From IMG/VR virus record IMGVR_UViG_3300027976_000007, positions 78,111-142,110 of that record: 64,000 nt of DNA; one strand, written 5' to 3'. The notes below the pieces were generated by a model. It searched no databases. It worked only from the letters and a program-made list of their open reading frames with translations, and was not told the origin of the DNA. The stretch is from a virus. Position 1 is the stretch's first letter, and each line of letters begins with the position of its first letter. The translations under genes and the position numbers were made by a program. Shown here one piece after another: positions 58,374-64,000 of the stretch.

Positions 58374-58495
58374 TTAGGTTTATGTTTGTCCTTTCTAGAA
58401 TATTTCTTTTTATTCTTATAAGGTGGGGGAGTCCTTAAAGCATTCCTCCACTCCTCAAGTGTCAATTCTCTAATTTTTAAAGTTTTATCTTCCAT
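58370..58495 (-). CDS. 41-aa basic protein with an ArfA-like KxKKKYxRKxKH tail, missed by the ORF track
   Basis: MEDKTLKIRELTLEEWRNALRTPPPYKNKKKYSRKDKHKPK*. Overlaps both neighbours (ATGA coupling at 58370-58373). Confidence 0.65.
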   Translation of the reverse strand: MEDKTLKIRELTLEEWRNALRTPPPYKNKKKYSRKDKHKPK

Positions 58496-58721
58496 AACCT
58501 ACGGGTTGAAATGGTTTTACTCTCTGAATGAAATCCATCAACATATTATGTTGAAGATGATGTATATGAAAGGAATTTGATTCTTGATAAAAGAAGGCAC
58601 ATTCCCTCAACCTTCCATAGCTCTTCTGTCTTAAAACTATTATGAGTTCTTCTTTAATAGAATCATAATTTATGTATTTTAGACTATATCCAGCTCCTAT
58701 ATCTTCAATCCTATTTACCAT
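58485..58721 (-). CDS. Hypothetical protein
   Basis: First ORF after the promoter at 58739-58770. Confidence 0.6.
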   Translation of the reverse strand: MVNRIEDIGAGYSLKYINYDSIKEELIIVLRQKSYGRLRECAFFYQESNSFHIHHLQHNMLMDFIQRVKPFQPVGYGR

Positions 58722-58738
58722 ATTTTTTATTTAATACG

Positions 58739-58770
58739 TAAATATAACATCAATTTTTGGGGAAACCAAA
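58739..58770 (-). promoter_or_regulatory. Bacteroidota-type promoter
   Basis: CCCTG-TTTG-N20-TATATTTA. Confidence 0.75.
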
Positions 58771-58778
58771 CAGGGTTT

Positions 58779-59705
58779 TTATCCTAACCAAACATCACCA
58801 ACTTTAGGGAACTCGGTTCTGAGGATTTTCCTGTTAATTTCATATGGGAAAGTATCAAGATAAATAGTAACATTTCTCAATTTTTTGAATGACCACCAAG
58901 GGGTATTATCAACAATTTTAATAATAGTGACAGTATTAACTTCCTCATTTTTATTTACCCATTCTCCTAGAGGTGTCAATTTACCTTCATGTATAAGACC
59001 AACGGGAGATATTGATTCCATTAATTGAACCCCCATAATGTCTTTATTCCTTAATTTTTCGATTATCCTATCCCATAAAGCAATAGTTCTAGGATAAAAG
59101 TCAGTTTTATCTCCAACCGTTGATGTATTAATTCCACTTTCAATTATAACTAAAGATTGTTCCCATTTAGAAGTTTCATCAAAATAATCTAATGAAATGT
59201 CAGGTTTAGACCAATCTTGGTATACATGGAGGTCAATTCTAGCCTCCTGGCTTATGTTGGCCCTTAAATAATCATTCCATCTAGATCTATACTTACCGGA
59301 TGCTTGGGTATTCCTTACAAACTCACCACAATATATTTCATTATAACCAAATTGGAATTCCTTACTTCTTTTTATATAAACTAAGCAATCTTTTTCTGAC
59401 GTGTTAGGGTCTTTACTTTTTTTAAAGGCATGAAACCCTTCCTCATTCCCATACCTTACCCCTAGTATCTCAATCCCAAACCCTTCATATCTCTTAATCT
59501 CAGCCAATTCATCTTTTGGGGTTCTAGCTAAACATACAGAATAGATTATAGGTTTTCCTAAAACCGCTAGTTCTTGTAATTGTTTATCAGTGGCGAAGTT
59601 TTTAGGATCTCTAGTCCAAGTCCCACCATTACATAGATATTTGATTAGGGATAAATACCAAGTAGTTATATTTATATTTCCTCTTAAAGGGGCATTAACA
59701 ATCAT
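58779..59705 (-). CDS. Putative clan GH-A glycoside hydrolase-like protein
   Basis: YGNE (acid/base), DLHVY and IIESG (nucleophile) in clan-A order. Confidence 0.55.
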   Translation of the reverse strand: MIVNAPLRGNINITTWYLSLIKYLCNGGTWTRDPKNFATDKQLQELAVLGKPIIYSVCLARTPKDELAEIKRYEGFGIEILGVRYGNEEGFHAFKKSKDPNTSEKDCLVYIKRSKEFQFGYNEIYCGEFVRNTQASGKYRSRWNDYLRANISQEARIDLHVYQDWSKPDISLDYFDETSKWEQSLVIIESGINTSTVGDKTDFYPRTIALWDRIIEKLRNKDIMGVQLMESISPVGLIHEGKLTPLGEWVNKNEEVNTVTIIKIVDNTPWWSFKKLRNVTIYLDTFPYEINRKILRTEFPKVGDVWLG

Positions 59706-59903
59706 ATTATTTTTTTTTTTATTTATTATAAATATGAAAATTAGAAGGGAAGATTGAGAAATTTATAATCTATTTTCTCTTATAGATACCGAGGGAATTC
59801 ACAATCATATTTTATTATAAATAATAGGATTGCTAGTTTTAGTATAGATCTTCACTATATAATTTATCAGTATAAGATCTATCTTCTCCAAATAATTGAT
59901 CAT

Positions 59904-60143
59904 TTAAAATATTTTAATTATTTGGTTTTCCTTAGTAAGGATGTTAATTTTAAAGTAATTATCCAAGGATTGTATAAAATTAACCATATGGCCCCTCTGA
60001 TTCAAAAACTCTATTATAAATGAAAACTTATCCCCTTCCAACTCCCCACCTTCACTTATAAAAAGATTCCAAACCAAATTATTAAAATCTAAACAAAATC
60101 TCATTTGTATATAATTATCTCTTGACGTTTTTAATTCCTTCAT
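59904..60143 (-). CDS. Hypothetical protein
   Basis: Coupled to the pnk gene (ATGA overlap). Confidence 0.6.
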   Translation of the reverse strand: MKELKTSRDNYIQMRFCLDFNNLVWNLFISEGGELEGDKFSFIIEFLNQRGHMVNFIQSLDNYFKINILTKENQIIKIF

Positions 60144-60553
60144 AATATTCTAGTAAAATTGTCATACATTCTTCTGATTACTTTTTCTCCTACAGGATTT
60201 TCTCTACCTAAATCTCTTTTGATAGCTTCCTCCACTTCTATATCAAATATTTTGTATTCAACATCTCCTAATATACTACAAAACTCAACTAATTGATTTA
60301 AGTATTTCTTATTACAGTTTGTTTGATCTACTATAACATCGTAACCATAGGCTATAGCAGTAATAATGCTAGAATTTACTAGGTCTGTAACTAGTTTTTC
60401 TAATATAGAATCCCCCATGGGTATTGCTTTTAACATCAAACGAAATCCATCTCTAGAGATCCTAACATAACTTTCATTTTCTTGTACAAACTTTTTTGAC
60501 CAAGTAGTTTTACCGGATCCTGGTATTCCAATAGTTAATATAACTTTTTTCAT
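60140..60553 (-). CDS. pseT: Polynucleotide 5'-kinase (PseT kinase domain only)
   Basis: GIPGSGKTT, RISRD..R, VDQTN, RD..R....VG..VIRRM. Confidence 0.85.
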   Translation of the reverse strand: MKKVILTIGIPGSGKTTWSKKFVQENESYVRISRDGFRLMLKAIPMGDSILEKLVTDLVNSSIITAIAYGYDVIVDQTNCNKKYLNQLVEFCSILGDVEYKIFDIEVEEAIKRDLGRENPVGEKVIRRMYDNFTRIL

Positions 60554-61611
60554 AATATTCGGTGTTTAGGTTTTATTGTTTTCCAGATTATATCTTTATA
60601 ATCTTTTTTATCTAACATCCTGAATAATATTACAGGATATTTCTTCTTACTGGCTTGGAATGCAAATTCTTTCCTATCATCCTCTCCAGTTTTAAGTATC
60701 ACCTCCATATAATCCAACCAAGACGTCATGTTTATCATCTTAGTTTTATTCTCCAAGCCCCTTTCAAAATCCTTTATCTTATCATAAATCTCATCAGGAA
60801 CATCTTTCAATATATCCTCTACTTTACCTCCATCTTTCAGTATTTCCCATATTGAAAGTGTAGATAGATTTGTCATCACTTTATGTAGTCTTATGTAGTC
60901 TTCAAACTTAATCTTGACTCTATAATCGTCTTTAAACCTTAAAACATATCCTTCCTTGTTTTTAAAATTATGGGATTTCAAATTCATATATTCACTTTCT
61001 ATGAAATTGGCCTTTCCCTTTCTAGTATCCAAATAATATTTTAAAGGAACATTCTCCATAAGTGTATTTCTGAATAACGGTCCATTCATCTCATCATAAC
61101 CTAAAAAGGCAGTTATAAACTTACACATTTCTTCCTCATATAAGACAACTATTCTATTGTCTTTATATATTATTTCAAATATATAAGTAAATGTAGTATC
61201 AAAATCTGATTCTTTAAAGTTTTCCCACATCCATTTTTCAGCCCATTTGGCCTGATCAGATTCAAATGATCCTCTTGTTGCAAATATCCATTGTCCTTGA
61301 TACCAAAACATCATACCCATACTACCATCAAGTTTCTCTTGAATGATATAAGGTTGATTACAAATCATATTCATAACTTCTGGTGAATTTGCTATTTCTT
61401 CATAGTTGAAAAATTTATCAAAGGATTTAGCAATAAAATCTCCCTTAGTATTGGTCACTAATCCCCTACATTTTAATAGAAGGGGTGTCCATTCTCTTGA
61501 AAACTGTACCTGTTCAGTATAATTCCATATAACCAAATCTAAAGTTGGATGTGTTTGACATCTAACCTTTCCTTGGTCTAGTAATTCATTGAGTTCTTTG
61601 ATACAATTCAT
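60550..61611 (-). CDS. rnlA: RNA ligase 1 (Rnl1 family)
   Basis: CRGL, KFFN, EKLDGS, TRGSF, FEI, EGYV, KIK...Y..LH. Confidence 0.93.
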   Translation of the reverse strand: MNCIKELNELLDQGKVRCQTHPTLDLVIWNYTEQVQFSREWTPLLLKCRGLVTNTKGDFIAKSFDKFFNYEEIANSPEVMNMICNQPYIIQEKLDGSMGMMFWYQGQWIFATRGSFESDQAKWAEKWMWENFKESDFDTTFTYIFEIIYKDNRIVVLYEEEMCKFITAFLGYDEMNGPLFRNTLMENVPLKYYLDTRKGKANFIESEYMNLKSHNFKNKEGYVLRFKDDYRVKIKFEDYIRLHKVMTNLSTLSIWEILKDGGKVEDILKDVPDEIYDKIKDFERGLENKTKMINMTSWLDYMEVILKTGEDDRKEFAFQASKKKYPVILFRMLDKKDYKDIIWKTIKPKHRIL

Positions 61612-61683
61612 TTTTCTAAAAATTTACCGTTCCTCCCTGTATAGTATTTAAAACAAAAGTTGTATTTGTATGATTTTTTGTTT

Positions 61684-62733
61684 TCAGTATAATACAATTT
61701 TCTCCATCAACATTTGTCTTGCTCGAGTTGAGACTTCCTTCTGAACTTCAGATGGTGTCAAATTAGAGGCCCCCAAAACATCAATTTCTTCTGTGAATAT
61801 ATCATCTTTTATCCATTTCAAAAACTCACCAGTTTTCTTTATATCTAATTCAGGATTTGATTCCTGAATGGCTTGATTTACCCTATTAATGGTAACAGAG
61901 TAATTAACGAAATCAGCAACAGCCCCCATAACTTCCGGATCAACCTCAGCTAAGGTTTTAACTTTGGAAACAGAATGTTTTTCACCTTTTACCTTGAATT
62001 TGTAAACCCTACCGTTCCATTTACCCGTCCAAACAATCCCTTCCCCTATTCCTTTTACTCCTAATTTTAAGGCTACAGGACATTGTTCTTCAACCTTATT
62101 GATTAACTCAACAAGTTCATTTGTTGCTAACTTAGGATTAACAAAATCAATCTCCATACTATAGACAGGAAAGTCATAAATTGAAAAGACATTTTGATGT
62201 CTATAGGACCATGTTATTGTAGAGTTTAAAATTTCTCTTACATCTACCCACTCATTATCCTCTTTCTCTGAATTATGTGCAATTTTAATTCCAAAGATAA
62301 AGAAGGATTTTGAAATACTGGAAATTCCTACTCCTTTTTGAATACCTTCACCTGCCCACTCACCATAAACTATTAAAGTATCATCCTCTTGAAGTGATAA
62401 TTTATCATGAATTTCAATCATAAGATCCTTAAAGAATTCCTTGGTCTCCCCTAACAATATAAAAGATGTAAAACCAAAATGAGATCCACCATCCCCTTTC
62501 TTTATAACACGATTTCTAGTTTGAATTGCAATACCATCTTTAGGAGAATATCTCACGGAAGCATTTGTCCCATGTAACTTAACTGTACCTTCAAATAATA
62601 TTTTTGGAAGGACAGGATTGGGATTGTAAATAATTTCTCCATGTTCATCCTTACCTTCGTAAGATGCATGTTTATTGACATTAAAAACTATGTTTCTAAA
62701 CTGTTCAACCTTTGGGAATTTTATTGTATTCAT
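61684..62733 (-). CDS. RNA ligase 2 (Rnl2 family)
   Basis: KLHGTN motif I, YGEWAG.GIQKGV, F.I, GEGIV, KVK plus a C-terminal domain. Confidence 0.88.
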   Translation of the reverse strand: MNTIKFPKVEQFRNIVFNVNKHASYEGKDEHGEIIYNPNPVLPKILFEGTVKLHGTNASVRYSPKDGIAIQTRNRVIKKGDGGSHFGFTSFILLGETKEFFKDLMIEIHDKLSLQEDDTLIVYGEWAGEGIQKGVGISSISKSFFIFGIKIAHNSEKEDNEWVDVREILNSTITWSYRHQNVFSIYDFPVYSMEIDFVNPKLATNELVELINKVEEQCPVALKLGVKGIGEGIVWTGKWNGRVYKFKVKGEKHSVSKVKTLAEVDPEVMGAVADFVNYSVTINRVNQAIQESNPELDIKKTGEFLKWIKDDIFTEEIDVLGASNLTPSEVQKEVSTRARQMLMEKIVLY

Positions 62734-62742
62734 GTTCTTTAA

Positions 62743-62877
62743 TTATTTTTTAAGGTTCTTAGTTTCTTCTTTTAATTTAACATAGAACTCCTTTGATTTA
62801 ATTTGGAAATACGTTTCCATATCTTTTCCCCTCCATCTTTCTTTTAGGATGTCTAATACTCTGTTCATGTTTTTCAT
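62743..62877 (-). CDS. 44-aa protein heading the RNA-repair operon, missed by the ORF track
   Basis: MKNMNRVLDILKERWRGKDMETYFQIKSKEFYVKLKEETKNLKK*, starting just after the promoter. Confidence 0.5.
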   Translation of the reverse strand: MKNMNRVLDILKERWRGKDMETYFQIKSKEFYVKLKEETKNLKK

Positions 62878-62884
62878 TTATATC

Positions 62885-62916
62885 TAAATATAACATCTCT
62901 ATCTTGGGGAGCCAAA
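62885..62916 (-). promoter_or_regulatory. Bacteroidota-type promoter driving the RNA-repair operon
   Basis: CCCTG-TTTG-N20-TATATTTA with a GATGT extension. Confidence 0.75.
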
Positions 62917-62927
62917 CAGGGGTTCTT

Positions 62928-63539
62928 TCATACCCACCATCCAGGAATTTTATATGCCATGTAATTGAATAAAACACGTTTTGCCTTTTCATGTAAACTC
63001 ATACTCATATGAAATGCAATATTTTCACATTCCTCCGGAGTGAATTCCTCTCCAACCCTGTTGGTCTTTAATTTAGCCTTTCTATATTCATTAGGGTACA
63101 ATTTAAAGTACTCTGGGAATTTATGTCCTGTTATCTCAGATTCACATCTATAAAATTTCTCCATTCTATCTCCCCTCTTTTCCTCAAACTCGGTCCATAA
63201 AAATGCAGATTCATGGTAATCAAGATACTCCAGATTATAGAATTCATCATCAACCTTTTTTAAGAGTTCGATGACAACTTTCATACTTTTGCTTTCTTCT
63301 TCCCAATATTCGATTATCTTACTTCCTTTTTCTGACATATATACTTCCATGTCAGTAATATTTTTTATGAGAATTTTATAAATCCCATTATTATCCCAAG
63401 GTCGTAACTTCCACAACAAGGGGATCCATGTCATTATCCTCCATATACTTTTAAAGAATTCTCTAATGGGATACCATATATCATATAATATATCGTATAG
63501 TTTTTTTCCTATTACACTTCTCTTCTTTTGTGATCTCAT
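62928..63539 (-). CDS. Hypothetical phage protein
   Basis: W.P.LW..R.WD...I.GWW pattern; intact ORF. Confidence 0.7.
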   Translation of the reverse strand: MRSQKKRSVIGKKLYDILYDIWYPIREFFKSIWRIMTWIPLLWKLRPWDNNGIYKILIKNITDMEVYMSEKGSKIIEYWEEESKSMKVVIELLKKVDDEFYNLEYLDYHESAFLWTEFEEKRGDRMEKFYRCESEITGHKFPEYFKLYPNEYRKAKLKTNRVGEEFTPEECENIAFHMSMSLHEKAKRVLFNYMAYKIPGWWV

Positions 63540-63602
63540 TTTTTATGCTTTTTTAAATTGTTCCTCATTGAATTTTGTATCCGCAAGTACAAACCATTGT
63601 GA

Positions 63603-63944
63603 CTAATGTATTTCCAGTTCAACTACCATGAATTGAAATTGTGGGTCATTCATAGACCATACATCAACTTCTTTCTTTGCATCTTCTAATTTCCAATGGC
63701 TAGACTCAACAGTCCTCTTATCCTCGTTTGTCACTAAGTAGATAACACTAGGCATTACACCAGAAACGTCTTCAACATCACTTATTGATTCACTTAAAAC
63801 ATTTAGAGGTTCTTCTAAGGCTTTGCGTACTGCTTCCATCAAATCTTTTTTGTCATACCAGTTACTTACAGGAGTTTGGGCCTTATCAAACATCCAATAT
63901 CTGTCAATCAGGTCTAAAATTTCGTGTTCCATAATATATTTCAT
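63603..63944 (-). CDS. Hypothetical protein
   Basis: Intact ORF on the coding strand. Confidence 0.6.
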   Translation of the reverse strand: MKYIMEHEILDLIDRYWMFDKAQTPVSNWYDKKDLMEAVRKALEEPLNVLSESISDVEDVSGVMPSVIYLVTNEDKRTVESSHWKLEDAKKEVDVWSMNDPQFQFMVVELEIH

Positions 63945-64000
63945 TTAAGTTATTCGCCTCAATCTGCGGATATAGAGGCGTTATGTGGCATTGACTAAAT

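Noticed and set aside
601-60855. All plus-strand ORFs in the track (e.g. 5925..6482, 22205..22594, 28870..29196, 38467..38850)
   Set aside because: They are antisense shadows of well-supported minus-strand genes, with no recognisable motifs or promoters.
62798-62992. 64-aa minus-strand ORF in the track
   Set aside because: It runs through a clear promoter. The 44-aa ORF 62743..62877 fits better.
1-64000. Stop-codon reassignment, introns or inteins
   Set aside because: Core genes (terminase, portal, capsid, primase) are full length and uninterrupted in the standard code.

Overview
AT-rich 64-kb segment of a large myovirus with T4-like morphogenesis genes. Essentially all real genes lie on the minus strand. 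In transcription order (right to left): (1) an early/accessory region with an RNA-repair cluster (Rnl2, Rnl1, Pnk kinase), a glycoside-hydrolase-like protein, DUF932, a peptidoglycan-binding protein, an HExxH peptidase, an HD protein and a gp55-like late sigma factor; (2) a baseplate block; (3) an EndoII-like GIY-YIG nuclease, primase and a PD-(D/E)XK nuclease; (4) a 12-kb block of enzymes and small acidic/basic proteins; (5) terminase, portal, prohead protease, scaffold and major capsid; (6) a homing endonuclease, PhoH, neck, sheath, tube, tail chaperone and the start of the tape measure gene. Eight TTTG-N20-TAnnTT promoters point to a Bacteroidota host. A second motif, ATAT(T/G)TATAA, precedes most late genes. 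The most notable signals are: an apparent capsid-cargo system (a shared L-x-x-(L/I)-(L/I)-x-E motif, (L/I)xE protease-type sites, and a four-enzyme polyprotein under late promoters); a likely programmed +1/-2 frameshift joining the gp26-like chaperone to a start-less gp51-like frame; several real genes missed by the ORF track; and structured non-coding elements. All family assignments come from motif recognition, not database searches.
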